The notes: generated by a model not told the origin, from the sequence alone. 64,000 bases of DNA from Bacteroidota bacterium (GCA_018267095.1 JAFDZC010000017.1:142431-206430); one strand, 5' to 3'. Positions 48,297 through 58,361 are shown, counted from the first letter of the stretch. Numbers and translations: made by a program.

Positions 48297-48751
48297 TAAT
48301 AAATTTCAATTGAGTATTGTTTTCCGGCAAGTTTATAGAAGTCAACAACTGCTCTGAGTCTTGCCTCATCAAAGCTTATGTCAGATGGTATTTTTATTAC
48401 GAACTGGTATGTGTTGCCAGTATCTCTGTCTAAATATTTTGTTCCCAGATAAACCGGTTTGTTTTCTGAGGTTTGATATATATACAATGGTCCGTTAAAA
48501 GTTCCATCTTCAATTATTACCCTGCGAGTAGCCAAATGATTTATTGGGTTGTAGTCTTCTACCTCAAGATATTCGTTTAAAACCTTTTCCAAATAAATAA
48601 CACGGCTGTCATGCTGCATTTGGTATAAAGTAGTATTTGAAAGCGTGGTCAATGGTTTCACCAATGAGCGCAGCAACTTCAACTGAATAGTCTTGCGAAA
48701 AAAAGACACATCAGAGACCAACTTATTAAAATCAACTTGATGCCAAATCAT
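48296..48751 (-). CDS. Baseplate wedge (gpI-like) protein
   Basis: YLEKVLN, VDFYKLAGKQY; follows the gpJ-like gene. Confidence 0.6.
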   Translation of the reverse strand: MIWHQVDFNKLVSDVSFFRKTIQLKLLRSLVKPLTTLSNTTLYQMQHDSRVIYLEKVLNEYLEVEDYNPINHLATRRVIIEDGTFNGPLYIYQTSENKPVYLGTKYLDRDTGNTYQFVIKIPSDISFDEARLRAVVDFYKLAGKQYSIEIY

Positions 48752-49589
48752 AAGCCAAATAAGTTATATTCAAATCCGATGGATCAATTTTAAAATACCC
48801 GCTTTCCGGTACCTTCCACTCATCAAAATCAGCAAACGCAAAGGAGGCAAACTTCCATTGGCAGGCCTCAATAATTGGTAGCTTAACACCGGTAGCCGTT
48901 TGCAATTGATTTTTTAAAAACTCCTTAACAAATGCACCGTTGAATTCTAAATTCGCCAAGTACTCATTAATTGCATTTTCAACTGGTTTATTAGTTTCAG
49001 TAGTGGTGAGCAATTGGCCGGTACTCAAATCAATAATTGAGGGATCTACATATACCTTCAAAGACAAAAGCAAATTATCGGGTGATTGATTTACAATTCT
49101 TATTCTATTGCCCGCATCCTTAATTAAATTCATATAGGTTGTAAACCTTGCAAGTTGCGCATTGGACAATGGGCCAAGCACACCCGAATTTGTGGTGGCC
49201 ACCTTAACAACAAGTTGCCCATCGTTTGATTCAAGCACAGCAGCTCTATCAATTATTTGCCGTTGCTCTGCATCAGTTACTCCGGTTAGGTCATAGCCAA
49301 ATTGGCCATTAATCCACACCAAGGGTAAGCCATCCAAAAAATTAAACACCTGTTCGCGATACCATCTGATTGTGTGTGGTCTTGAGTTCTCGGCATTTTT
49401 GGCAACTATTTGCTCGTGCAAAAAAATTGCAAATGACAATACATTGAAAAGTATATTTTCGAACGACACCAAGCTAAATTCTTGCTCAAATGTATTGCCC
49501 GGAGTCAGGCCATAAATACTTTGTATTTGTGGATCTGCAATCCAATTAGCCGTCATTTCATCTTTGATGGTTTTTCTGTCTCTGGCCAT
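48732..49589 (-). CDS. Baseplate J-like protein
   Basis: RPHTIRWYREQ, VKVA, IKDAG.RI; start at MARDRK. Confidence 0.7.
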   Translation of the reverse strand: MARDRKTIKDEMTANWIADPQIQSIYGLTPGNTFEQEFSLVSFENILFNVLSFAIFLHEQIVAKNAENSRPHTIRWYREQVFNFLDGLPLVWINGQFGYDLTGVTDAEQRQIIDRAAVLESNDGQLVVKVATTNSGVLGPLSNAQLARFTTYMNLIKDAGNRIRIVNQSPDNLLLSLKVYVDPSIIDLSTGQLLTTTETNKPVENAINEYLANLEFNGAFVKEFLKNQLQTATGVKLPIIEACQWKFASFAFADFDEWKVPESGYFKIDPSDLNITYLAYDLASS

Positions 49590-49590
49590 T

Positions 49591-49869
49591 TTAAAATGAT
49601 AATGGGAACCCGTCCGGAAGTTCATACATCAACGGACTTGGCTCGATTAATTTTGTAGCGGGTCTATTGGCTTCGCCAAAATAACTTGCCACCGATTTAT
49701 TTGTAATTTCAGTTGTTGTCAATGATTGCCCAACGGTCAGCTCATCAGTAACTGACACACCGTTTGCCAAAGCCATTTTAAAGGCATTGTCAATGTCCCC
49801 AGTGCATTCAATCACTTTATCGATGAAGCTTTGACCGCTGTAAACAATATCTTTACTCATAATTTGCAT
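49591..49869 (-). CDS. LysM-like baseplate protein
   Basis: GQSFIDKVIECTG..DNAFKMA.AN.VS.TD.L..GQ.L. Confidence 0.6.
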   Translation of the reverse strand: MQIMSKDIVYSGQSFIDKVIECTGDIDNAFKMALANGVSVTDELTVGQSLTTTEITNKSVASYFGEANRPATKLIEPSPLMYELPDGFPLSF

Positions 49870-50191
49870 CTAGCATAAGGCCGTTTTCGGCGTTGAATTC
49901 AACACTTTTAACTTTGAATCCATCTTTTGACAAGTGTTCTCTGATTCTTACCTGAAATCTCAAATAATCATCATCAAGAATGATGTCTTTTATTGCAACA
50001 CCAATGGTGGGGTTGAAATGAAATTCACCTGGCGATGCCATAATGATAAGAGCCTGATTTTGCCTAACTACATTGCCCACAACAAAACCACTTGTTATTA
50101 ACCCATCAGTTCCGCGAACAGCTTTAATTTTTAAATCAAGCAGCTCACCAGAATCTGTATTGTCATACAGCAAAAGCCCGAAAGATTTCAT
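49853..50191 (-). CDS. gp25/gpW-like baseplate protein
   Basis: GEF..NP.IGVAI...I; position in the baseplate cluster. Confidence 0.6.
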   Translation of the reverse strand: MKSFGLLLYDNTDSGELLDLKIKAVRGTDGLITSGFVVGNVVRQNQALIIMASPGEFHFNPTIGVAIKDIILDDDYLRFQVRIREHLSKDGFKVKSVEFNAENGLMLDANYE

Positions 50192-50704
50192 TTACGTTGC
50201 ATTTAATATTTGATTAAACTGCGTTTTAATATTATTTAAAGCCGCTATTGAAGCAGGATTTAATGTTCCAGTTGTTGTATCTGAATTTATTATTTGAGCC
50301 GCAGAAACAGCATCAATTAAAGTGTTGATCAACTGGCCAAGATTTACAGATTCGTTTTTCAACGTTACCTTTTTAGTAACAGAATCAACCAAAAACTCGA
50401 GACCATTTTGTTTAAAAACAATTTGGCTATAATTATCCGCCTTTAGTAAAACCAAATCTGTAAGCTTTCCACTTGTGGATATCATCAGCGCATCAGTTCC
50501 AATCTTGGGCAATAGTTTTAGGCCGTCTCCAGGTGTGTCAAAAATGGTGGCCGAAAGCTTTACATCAGATATAACCAAATCCTCGGTTATTTTCACCGTG
50601 CAGCTGTCTTGTTCGATACTTATCACTGTGCCCATCACGAAGTTGATACCCCGCTCATTCGCCACTTCTTTAAGTAGTCTTTTGAATTCTGCTACCTTAT
50701 CCAT
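50192..50704 (-). CDS. Baseplate spike (gpV/gp45-like)
   Basis: OB-fold-like GTVISIE..CTV, LLPKIGT. Confidence 0.65.
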   Translation of the reverse strand: MDKVAEFKRLLKEVANERGINFVMGTVISIEQDSCTVKITEDLVISDVKLSATIFDTPGDGLKLLPKIGTDALMISTSGKLTDLVLLKADNYSQIVFKQNGLEFLVDSVTKKVTLKNESVNLGQLINTLIDAVSAAQIINSDTTTGTLNPASIAALNNIKTQFNQILNAT

Positions 50705-51671
50705 TGCCCAATTTTACACCTGGTTTAATTGTTCTTTTGATGCCCGAGGCGCTCATGTTGGTTGTAACACTCACAACATAGTATACGCCGGTTTTATCGG
50801 GGTAATCATCATCGATTATTTTTGCCGAAAAAGTTGGCTTTACCGTCGGTATAAGCCATCCGTCAAAGGTGCCCTCATACATATCAGCGCTTCTGCGAAT
50901 GAGCTCTGCATCTGCAATTTTTTTAAGGTCGATTTTTGAAACACAACCAAGCTTTAGGGTAACTTTATCACCTCCGGTTGTTCCGGTGGTATAGCTTTCA
51001 ATTTTGCCCTTTAGGTTGGTACTTTCAACTGTAACCTCTACTTTCCTGTCTTCCGCTTTTTTATATTCAAGGGATGAGTTTTCAATGTTTACCTGCATTG
51101 AGTAAACCACCTCTCCACCTTTTTCAATATAGGGCGGGTGAATGTGGAGCTCCTTACGCTCAGTATTAAAATAGATATTTGCTTTAGTTTCTTCAGCTAT
51201 TTTTTTTAAGACATCAAAGCCCGTAGCCTGATGAATAATGAATTTTTCATAATTGATATCGTAATCACATTTTACGACAAAGGTTGGGTCAATCTGAGAA
51301 ACAAGCAGCTGTGCTATTTTTTTTACTGATGTAGGTTTGAGTTGAACATTTTTAACAGTTTTACGAAAAAGAAAAAGTGCATCCTCGCAGTTTATTTTCA
51401 AAGAACTATCGTTTGTGGTTATATCCTTGACATAGCCAACAAATTCTGTTTTTAATTCACCATCATAGCCCAATTGGATTAGTACTTCAGATCCGCGTTT
51501 AACTTTGCCCTGCAAGTCCAAAACTTGATTCATAACGGCATCTGGCAAAGTGATCACAGCGATGTCGGCAAGATTGTCAACACTGGCCTCAATGTTGACT
51601 TCTTCAACGGTTTGGAGCAGGTAAGCAACTCCATCTGTTTTGAATTTTATTTTCCAATTGATATCAAACAT
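50697..51671 (-). CDS. Baseplate hub / late control D-like protein
   Basis: IQLGYDG.L..EF.GYV, YEGTFDGWL.P, G.YYV..V. Confidence 0.75.
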   Translation of the reverse strand: MFDINWKIKFKTDGVAYLLQTVEEVNIEASVDNLADIAVITLPDAVMNQVLDLQGKVKRGSEVLIQLGYDGELKTEFVGYVKDITTNDSSLKINCEDALFLFRKTVKNVQLKPTSVKKIAQLLVSQIDPTFVVKCDYDINYEKFIIHQATGFDVLKKIAEETKANIYFNTERKELHIHPPYIEKGGEVVYSMQVNIENSSLEYKKAEDRKVEVTVESTNLKGKIESYTTGTTGGDKVTLKLGCVSKIDLKKIADAELIRRSADMYEGTFDGWLIPTVKPTFSAKIIDDDYPDKTGVYYVVSVTTNMSASGIKRTIKPGVKLGNG

Positions 51672-51755
51672 GATTTAAAAAAAAGGCCGCCGCCGTGAAT
51701 GTCATCATCCCGATGACAAACATTAAGAGCATTTTAAATAAACGCATAATCTTAA

Positions 51756-52415
51756 TTATAACTCATTCACCAAAAGCGAATAAGATGTATCACTAATTAA
51801 CTTTAAATCATAGGCCTGAACATTCTCACCCTTGGTAAAAGGAAATGAATAATCCTCAACAACAACTTTTGTAACTCCAAGGGCCTCGAGCGGATAAGAA
51901 TAGATGAATATTTCTTTGCTATATTTCAGATAATCATAAAGCTCGGTCATCATTGTTTTTGGAAAGGCCTGTTGGGGTTTTCCGGTAAGCCTTTTACTCA
52001 TTAATATGCCGGTAAGTTGTATGTCCACATCCTTGCGGCTCCATCGCTCTTTAACTGTCCCCCAAAGTTTGTCACCTTGCTTGGCAACATTTCTTCTTAC
52101 AATGTTATTACCTGATGAAATGTTCATCAATGGCTCGTACGGAAACAACCATTTTACACCACCCTCGGTGAATGAAAAAGACACCGGAAAGAATTGCTCA
52201 TCTTCTGATGGTGGATTGTCAATGAAGTCCATTTTTTGCAAATCATTGTAATCTTTTCGGCCAACTCTTGAGGGCCATCTGATCGGCAAAAAAGGGATTG
52301 AATATGGCACATGTTTGAGAGCTTCGTTTTCAACCAAAGTAAGTCGCTCAGTAGCTTTTACTGCTTCGCTTCCCATCAAGCTTGCAAAAATCAAATCATT
52401 GTCCTGTAGTCCCAT
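51756..52415 (-). CDS. Tail protein (DUF6046-like)
   Basis: EPLMNIS..NNIVRRNVAK..GTVKERWS..D; follows the tape measure gene. Confidence 0.7.
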   Translation of the reverse strand: MGLQDNDLIFASLMGSEAVKATERLTLVENEALKHVPYSIPFLPIRWPSRVGRKDYNDLQKMDFIDNPPSEDEQFFPVSFSFTEGGVKWLFPYEPLMNISSGNNIVRRNVAKQGDKLWGTVKERWSRKDVDIQLTGILMSKRLTGKPQQAFPKTMMTELYDYLKYSKEIFIYSYPLEALGVTKVVVEDYSFPFTKGENVQAYDLKLISDTSYSLLVNEL

Positions 52416-54391
52416 TAGGATGTCGCTGTTGTGGCTGATGCCAATAATCTTAAAATTTCGTCTAAAACTTCACCGCCCGCTTTGTTGGCTGCCTCTTTTC
52501 CGGCTTGAACTACACCGGCTTTAATACCGTTGAGCTCTTTAATTGAAATGGTGATGTAATTGTGCTTTGTTCCACCAGTTGCAATATTTTCAGATGATTT
52601 CTTTACTTTTTCAGGTGCAATTCTATTTGGCTGTAAGTCCGTATTTACTCCTGGTATTTTTGGCGCTTCAATTCCAGAAGATGTGGCGGCCTTTTGCTCG
52701 TCTTTTTTCCAACTTACAGAGTTGAATGCCTTTTTGAATTCATTGGCGGAAGCCATAGTCATTTCATAGGTTTTTTTGTAGCCCGCTTTGATAGATTCCT
52801 TTCGAGCTTCAACATCTGCATTGAGTTTGGCTATCTCGGCATTGTTGGCATTTTTATCACCTAAACCGGCCAAGTTTTTAAACTTATACCAACCGATCAT
52901 GATTTTATCAATGCCAATCATGATCCCGCTCACCATCAAATTGAAATTTGATTTTACATATTGAACGTAGGCTCCAAACAAAAGCTTTGCGCCATTGACT
53001 GTGTGCGTCCAAAGCTTGCCCCAGCCTTCTGTTTTTTGGGCAACATAAACAATCGCCGAGATAAGCGCGACTACACCGGCGACAATTAAAACGATTGGGT
53101 TGGCCGCCATAACTGCATTAAAAATCATTTGTACGCCCGTCCAAAGTTGTGTCGCCGTGCTTACAGCGCCCGACCAAAGAGCTTGCATTTTTGTTGCGCT
53201 TGTAAGCGTTGATAAAACAGCGCTGCCCGCTTGAAACAAAGGCAACATATTGCTAAAATCGCGCGTTGTATTACCTATTACAGTTGCATATCCCAATAAA
53301 CCATTGGTTCCGTTAAACAAGCTGATTTTAAAGTCGTCAATTTGCGCCTGAAGCCTTTTGTTTTTCTCTGCCGGGCTTTCCATAACAACTGCAGCTTGTT
53401 CATAAGCCGTATTGGTTCCTTGAATAGCCTTAGTTAGCCGCTCCATTTCATTAGTTCCGGAAATGAGCGAAATAGCAGCTGCCGTGTTTTCTTTACCGAA
53501 CAATTTGGTCAACAAAGCTTGGTCACCCATGATTTTTTTGAGTGGATCTAAACGCTCTTTTAAAGATTTAGATCTATCACCCAAAGCATCTACGCTAATA
53601 CGCGCATCGGACAACTCCTTTTTTACTTCTTTTGGTAAAAATCTACCCTCTGAAAGTGTTGCCAATACATTACGCAAGGCAACACCACCCTCGGCACCTT
53701 TTTTACCAGACTTGTCTAAAACTTGAATGGCGGCATTTGTTTCAGCGAAAGAAACATTCGCAGTTTTGGCAGCCAAACCAGATTGCTCGAGTGCATTTTT
53801 AATTTGCGGGAGTTCAGCTGATCCCTCTTTTGCTCCTGCGGCCATGATGTTCATCATGTCGGCCATAGTTTGTGAGGCCCTGATTGGATCATCAAGCGAA
53901 ACCTGGTACTGGTTCATAGCCGTTGTCAAAACCTCAGTGGCCTTAACGGTGTCACCATCCATTGTTTTAGATAGTGTACTGACTGATTTACCCATAGCCT
54001 CTAGTGCCTTGGGCTGTTTTGCTATTTCGGGTGTAAGCTGAGATAAAATTAACTTGTAGGCCTCAACGCCATCAGCGGCGGAACCACCAAAAGTTTTGGC
54101 GTTTTGACGTGCATATCCCTCAATCTCTTTAAGTTTATCACCGGTTTGACCAGTGATAGCCGATAAATCTGCCAAAGAACTTGAAAGTTTTAAACCAGGA
54201 TCATTTACAGACATAATACCGTTAGCAACTGAATCAATGTTACTAATGATAGACTGTACTTTTATTTGGCTTAAAGACTTATTTATGTTGTCAATACCTC
54301 CCTTGAAGTTTTTTTCAAAAGCACTAAACTGAGCATTGGCCTTGTCAAAATTGCTATTGATTTTAATAATGTATTCAAGAGTATTGCTCAT
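52415..54391 (-). CDS. Tape measure protein
   Basis: LADLSAITG, MAAGAK.GS, LEQSG..AK; Ala-rich helical. Confidence 0.9.
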   Translation of the reverse strand: MSNTLEYIIKINSNFDKANAQFSAFEKNFKGGIDNINKSLSQIKVQSIISNIDSVANGIMSVNDPGLKLSSSLADLSAITGQTGDKLKEIEGYARQNAKTFGGSAADGVEAYKLILSQLTPEIAKQPKALEAMGKSVSTLSKTMDGDTVKATEVLTTAMNQYQVSLDDPIRASQTMADMMNIMAAGAKEGSAELPQIKNALEQSGLAAKTANVSFAETNAAIQVLDKSGKKGAEGGVALRNVLATLSEGRFLPKEVKKELSDARISVDALGDRSKSLKERLDPLKKIMGDQALLTKLFGKENTAAAISLISGTNEMERLTKAIQGTNTAYEQAAVVMESPAEKNKRLQAQIDDFKISLFNGTNGLLGYATVIGNTTRDFSNMLPLFQAGSAVLSTLTSATKMQALWSGAVSTATQLWTGVQMIFNAVMAANPIVLIVAGVVALISAIVYVAQKTEGWGKLWTHTVNGAKLLFGAYVQYVKSNFNLMVSGIMIGIDKIMIGWYKFKNLAGLGDKNANNAEIAKLNADVEARKESIKAGYKKTYEMTMASANEFKKAFNSVSWKKDEQKAATSSGIEAPKIPGVNTDLQPNRIAPEKVKKSSENIATGGTKHNYITISIKELNGIKAGVVQAGKEAANKAGGEVLDEILRLLASATTATS

Positions 54392-54557
54392 TGTTTCGTT
54401 TTGCTTCTAAGGTTCTGACAAATTCAAGTTCAGCATAGAGTGCCGCCCACTTTTCATCTGACAACTCATCCGGGTCGGGTATATTAAAGTAATACCTTAA
54501 TTGGGCGTTGATGACTCTGATTGTATCGGCTTCATCAACCACGAATGAGTTTAGAAC
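54375..54557 (-). CDS. Frameshift extension (GT-type) of the tail assembly chaperone
   Basis: -1 frame open for 61 codons (VLNSF..NAQLRYYFNIPDPDELSDEKWA..LEFVR) between chaperone and tape measure. Confidence 0.65.
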   Translation of the reverse strand, partial: VLNSFVVDEADTIRVINAQLRYYFNIPDPDELSDEKWAALYAELEFVRTLEAKRNNEQYS

Positions 54558-54880
54558 TTTTCCAGTTGTGAAACTTTAATCTTTGAAATTTCTTCTATAT
54601 GAAGACATGCCGACAAAAAGTATTTATCATCGGTTTTGAAAATTTCATCTCCACCGATAAAACATTGCTGAATGATTGTCTCATTATATTTCATTGGGTC
54701 TTTTTGACCCGCCAATCCGGCATAACTCAAAATTTTTCTGTCCGGTTTTTTGAAGTATGCAATTTTATCATCGCATGTAACTGCAAAAAATTCATCATGC
54801 TCTTTTTTCCAAGCCTCAATTTGCTCTTGTGATGCCTGTGATGGATAATTTGATTTTTGTTGTTGTTCTGATGTGTTCAT
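54551..54880 (-). CDS. Tail assembly chaperone
   Basis: Between tube and tape measure; IEAWKKEH..F, YFKKPDRK. Confidence 0.75.
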   Translation of the reverse strand: MNTSEQQQKSNYPSQASQEQIEAWKKEHDEFFAVTCDDKIAYFKKPDRKILSYAGLAGQKDPMKYNETIIQQCFIGGDEIFKTDDKYFLSACLHIEEISKIKVSQLEKF

Positions 54881-54932
54881 CTTTTAAAAGGAGTTTAAAG
54901 CAAATCCCGAATAATCGGGATTTGCTGATTTA

Positions 54933-55346
54933 TTATACTATTCTTTGAATGCCCAACGCGATAAAAGGCAATGTGCGCGGCATGAATTTATCACCTTGTT
55001 TGGCGGCTCGCTCAGTTTCAGTGAATTTCACGCCTCGGATCAAATCAGTTCTGATTGCATCACCATTGGCCGGATTACCGTACGCCACTAAGATGCCGAT
55101 GTTTGAACGTGTGATATCTCCACCTGCGGCAAGCTCCAAGGCATCATAGTCTGATTGCAATAGCTCAAGCTCACCCTCATAAGATGAATTACCCGTTTGA
55201 ATGCTATGTGGCTCACGACCTTTTGCGTAAATCGGCTCAGATTCAACTTTCTTTTTGTACTTGACTTGGCGGATTCCTTTTGAGTCAATACCGCCGATGA
55301 CGACGGTTACATCCGCCCACTCGTATTCTCTTGTATCAAATGCCAT
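54933..55346 (-). CDS. Tail tube protein
   Basis: FDTREYEWAD, KGREPHSIQ.GN.SYEG; follows the sheath. Confidence 0.8.
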   Translation of the reverse strand: MAFDTREYEWADVTVVIGGIDSKGIRQVKYKKKVESEPIYAKGREPHSIQTGNSSYEGELELLQSDYDALELAAGGDITRSNIGILVAYGNPANGDAIRTDLIRGVKFTETERAAKQGDKFMPRTLPFIALGIQRIV

Positions 55347-55351
55347 GATTC

Positions 55352-56548
55352 TTATGAGTTTATAGTGTAACCAATTGTGAACTCAATAAATCTTGCGTAC
55401 CCTTTTGGTCTTACCTTGATTTTACCTTTAATTTTTGATGTTGTAGCAACAACCTCATTTAGATCAATTTCACATTGAACACCTTTATCGTTCGGGTTAT
55501 TTGCATCAGCAGACAACTCACCGTTGGCCGTCATTTCTTGAGCAATTACTCGCTCAACTTCACTTTGAATGTGGTTTGCTACAATTGGAGATATTTTACC
55601 ATCAGCAGTCACATCTAAATCATCCAACACATAATTGGTCAATGTACCATTGGCCAAAACAAAAGCCTTGTCAATCGTTCTTCGACGCGCCAAATAATGA
55701 TAGTCATCTTCAACAGTACACGCCATTGGATCATCTGTGAAATAGTAGCCAGACTTTCCGACGTGGGTTCTAAGAGTAACAAAGCCCTTGTCATGCAACG
55801 CTGTTACGTTGTAGCGCTCAACCGGTGTGTCAACAATGTAAAACTCAAGTGGCTTCAAAGCCCCATCTTTTACACGGCCAACATTTACATGCACCTGATT
55901 TTTGGCAAACCTTCCACCCAGTACACCAATAGCGGCACCTTTTGAAGCGGTGGTTCCGGTGCGTGTTTCGGTATCACCAATCATTACCATTACACGATTA
56001 TTTGTCAATGCCGTAAATCCGACAAGGTCCTGAGCTACTCCTGTAAAATTGTAGCCCTCAATCATGTACACAACTGGGTGAATATTGTCAGTTGTATATT
56101 GGTCTGCAATACCCTGAGCCGCGGCAATTGTCGCCGGAAATCCGGTTCGAATACCTGAGGCAACAGCGGTGTCGGCGGCAGACGGTGAATACTTCACCAT
56201 TACGGCTCTGATTTTTCTATCAGAGTTAATCAACAACTGCTCTGATGCCGTGATGATTTGGTCAAGTGTAAGCGTGCGCGCAACACCATAAATCCAAAGC
56301 TCTGTTCCATTGCCACACTCTGCATAAAACTCTTTGATAGTTTTATAAAGCGCGTGGTTTGCTACGCTGTTGGTAATGCCTAAATTTTCGGCATCCTTCA
56401 AGCTGTAGATTACATAGTGCTTGTTCAACTCAAAAGTGGTTGAAACAGCCTCGGCACTTGATATGAGGCCACAGAGTCCGTCAGGACTAGTGGCCACCAC
56501 ACCAAGGTTACCGTTTTCAAATGTGATACTTGCTCCTGGTAATCCCAT
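55352..56548 (-). CDS. Tail sheath protein (DUF2586-like)
   Basis: GLPGA.I.F.NG.LG, GYYFTDD, RTIDKA, PKGYAR.I. Confidence 0.85.
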   Translation of the reverse strand: MGLPGASITFENGNLGVVATSPDGLCGLISSAEAVSTTFELNKHYVIYSLKDAENLGITNSVANHALYKTIKEFYAECGNGTELWIYGVARTLTLDQIITASEQLLINSDRKIRAVMVKYSPSAADTAVASGIRTGFPATIAAAQGIADQYTTDNIHPVVYMIEGYNFTGVAQDLVGFTALTNNRVMVMIGDTETRTGTTASKGAAIGVLGGRFAKNQVHVNVGRVKDGALKPLEFYIVDTPVERYNVTALHDKGFVTLRTHVGKSGYYFTDDPMACTVEDDYHYLARRRTIDKAFVLANGTLTNYVLDDLDVTADGKISPIVANHIQSEVERVIAQEMTANGELSADANNPNDKGVQCEIDLNEVVATTSKIKGKIKVRPKGYARFIEFTIGYTINS

Positions 56549-57081
56549 TATTTTTTAGCTTTTAAAGCATCTAAAACCTCATTGATTAATGTGGGTTTAT
56601 TTGCGGTTTTGTTTTTCACTTCAATTGATTTTGTCTTGGCCCAAGCAATGATTTCTGCCTTGGTTTTTTGGTCAAGCTCGTCAAACAACTGTTGACGCTC
56701 CAGATCTGTTGTTACAGGAGCAGGTTCTGTTGTTACAGGGGCAGCTTCTGTTGTTACAGGAGCAGGTTCTGTTGTTACGGGTGCAGCATCTGTTGTTACG
56801 GGTGCAGCATCTGTTGTTACCGGCGCAGCATCTGTTGTTACCGGACCTTGTGTTGTAGCTTGTTCAGCTAAAAACTCGGCCATTTCATTTGCATCATCAC
56901 CAACCACCTCTGCGTCTTCAACCTTGATATGGTCAGGATTCAATACACATTCAACATTTGTGTCTTGAAGCGTTTTTGCGTGGTTTTTTGCGTCGTTTTC
57001 GTTGTAAAATGCTTGCCCATCAGAGGTAAAATGCGCCTCTTTTAAATGCGGATTTTCTTTAAATACTTCTTCTTTTTTCAT
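56548..57081 (-). CDS. Hypothetical virion protein with 7 x PVTT repeats and a HeH/Rho-N-like C-terminus
   Basis: 7-aa repeats; KTKAEIIAWAK..IEV...ANKPTLI. Confidence 0.65.
   Translation of the reverse strand: MKKEEVFKENPHLKEAHFTSDGQAFYNENDAKNHAKTLQDTNVECVLNPDHIKVEDAEVVGDDANEMAEFLAEQATTQGPVTTDAAPVTTDAAPVTTDAAPVTTEPAPVTTEAAPVTTEPAPVTTDLERQQLFDELDQKTKAEIIAWAKTKSIEVKNKTANKPTLINEVLDALKAKK
56706..56844. repeat. Coding 21-bp tandem repeat, 7 copies
   Basis: CTGTTGTTAC recurs every 21 bp from 56706 to 56832. Confidence 0.95.
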
Positions 57082-57548
57082 CAGTGAAATCGTTTTTGTT
57101 TAATAATTAGCCAAATGCAGAGGCAGATCAACAACAAACAAAGCAATGCTCTAAACCCATAAATCTGGGTCTTTTGCCACCAAGTCAACACATTCACGGG
57201 AATGTATTTAATTCGATCTTTTACTGTTGACTTCCATTTTGCAAAAAGCTCTTGAGCCCTTGCCTCACAATCAACTTGAAGTGTATTGTTCACAAGCCGA
57301 ACCGTTGGGCTTTTTAAATTGCGCCCTGGTTCGGCATGAACAACCTCCTTAATTATTGCTTTGCCGTTAACACAGTCCAAGTAAGCCTTGTAACTACTGC
57401 TGTCTTTTTCTGTTTTAAAAATTGTATCGTGAACGGTCTCAACGATTGTAGTTGTTTCACTATTCACGGTTGGCTTCGTGCTTTTGCATGAAACCAATAC
57501 CGCGAACAGCGTCAGTAAACAACAGATGAACAACTCTGTCTTTCTCAT
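57081..57548 (-). CDS. Putative unimolecular spanin
   Basis: LVSC lipobox plus C-terminal TM helix; directly after the endolysin. Confidence 0.65.
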   Translation of the reverse strand: MRKTELFICCLLTLFAVLVSCKSTKPTVNSETTTIVETVHDTIFKTEKDSSSYKAYLDCVNGKAIIKEVVHAEPGRNLKSPTVRLVNNTLQVDCEARAQELFAKWKSTVKDRIKYIPVNVLTWWQKTQIYGFRALLCLLLICLCIWLIIKQKRFH

Positions 57549-58051
57549 TATTTCAGTAGGTTTTTGTACTCAGGAATTGCGTCGAATGATGGACACTCTT
57601 TGATTCTTTCAAAAGAATCAATCACTCCGTTTCCGTTTTTATCAGGTGACACATCGCGGTGACCCATGATTTTAAGGTTAGCTTTTGATCCACCGGTTTT
57701 AACTACCCAATTAATTGCCTTTTCAATAGCTTTTAAAAGACCTTCTTTTTGCTCGGGCGTTCTACTGTCAAGTGCCTTAGTTACATTTTTGGGATCTACA
57801 CCACCGATGTAGGCAATGTTGATTGAATTTGTATTGTGGCCTTTGACACCGTTTGAATAATTAGCGAACGGTGTAACCTCAATAATTTCGCCTTCAAGGT
57901 CAACCAATAGGTGGTAACCAGGTGAATTCCAACCGAGGGACTTCCAATGTTTTTTTAATCCATCCAGTCCGCTATATCCAGCGGTACAGTGAATGAAAAT
58001 AGTGTTGATGTTCTTTCCGGTTCTACTCATTGTTGGTGTCTTTTTTGCCAA
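57548..58051 (-). CDS. N-acetylmuramoyl-L-alanine amidase endolysin
   Basis: IFIHCTA, GYH, NGVKGHN..SI.I.YIGG, GHRD, KECPSFD. Confidence 0.93.
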   Translation of the reverse strand: MAKKTPTMSRTGKNINTIFIHCTAGYSGLDGLKKHWKSLGWNSPGYHLLVDLEGEIIEVTPFANYSNGVKGHNTNSINIAYIGGVDPKNVTKALDSRTPEQKEGLLKAIEKAINWVVKTGGSKANLKIMGHRDVSPDKNGNGVIDSFERIKECPSFDAIPEYKNLLK

Positions 58052-58361
58052 TAAACTTGGCCCTTAAATAATCAGAAGTCATTTTTATCACTTGTTCTAC
58101 CTCGTCTAAAATGATCTTGCTGAAAGTGCCGGAAACCCCACAAGCGACGAAAATCAAATTTTCATTTTCTACCTTTAAGTAGTCTTTGAAAATGATGCCG
58201 ACCCAAATGCTTATAAAAATTGAGGTAACAACGGATTTGAAAAAAGTAAACAGATTCATCTCTGTTCGTAATCGGTGAATGACCGCGCCAACGGCTCCAC
58301 CCATAGCGTATGGACTAAATTTTTTCATTAGATCCATTAGTAAGTCCAATATACTATCCAC
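58023..58361 (-). CDS. Putative holin
   Basis: Small multi-TM protein with a charged C-tail, overlapping the endolysin. Confidence 0.6.
   Translation of the reverse strand: MDSILDLLMDLMKKFSPYAMGGAVGAVIHRLRTEMNLFTFFKSVVTSIFISIWVGIIFKDYLKVENENLIFVACGVSGTFSKIILDEVEQVIKMTSDYLRAKFIGKKDTNNE

Noticed and set aside
48296-56548. Tailocin or extracellular contractile injection system
   Set aside because: Capsid, protease, terminase and portal genes are linked, so this is a prophage.
56706-56844. CRISPR or non-coding repeat
   Set aside because: Contiguous 21-bp units in frame within a CDS, with no spacers.
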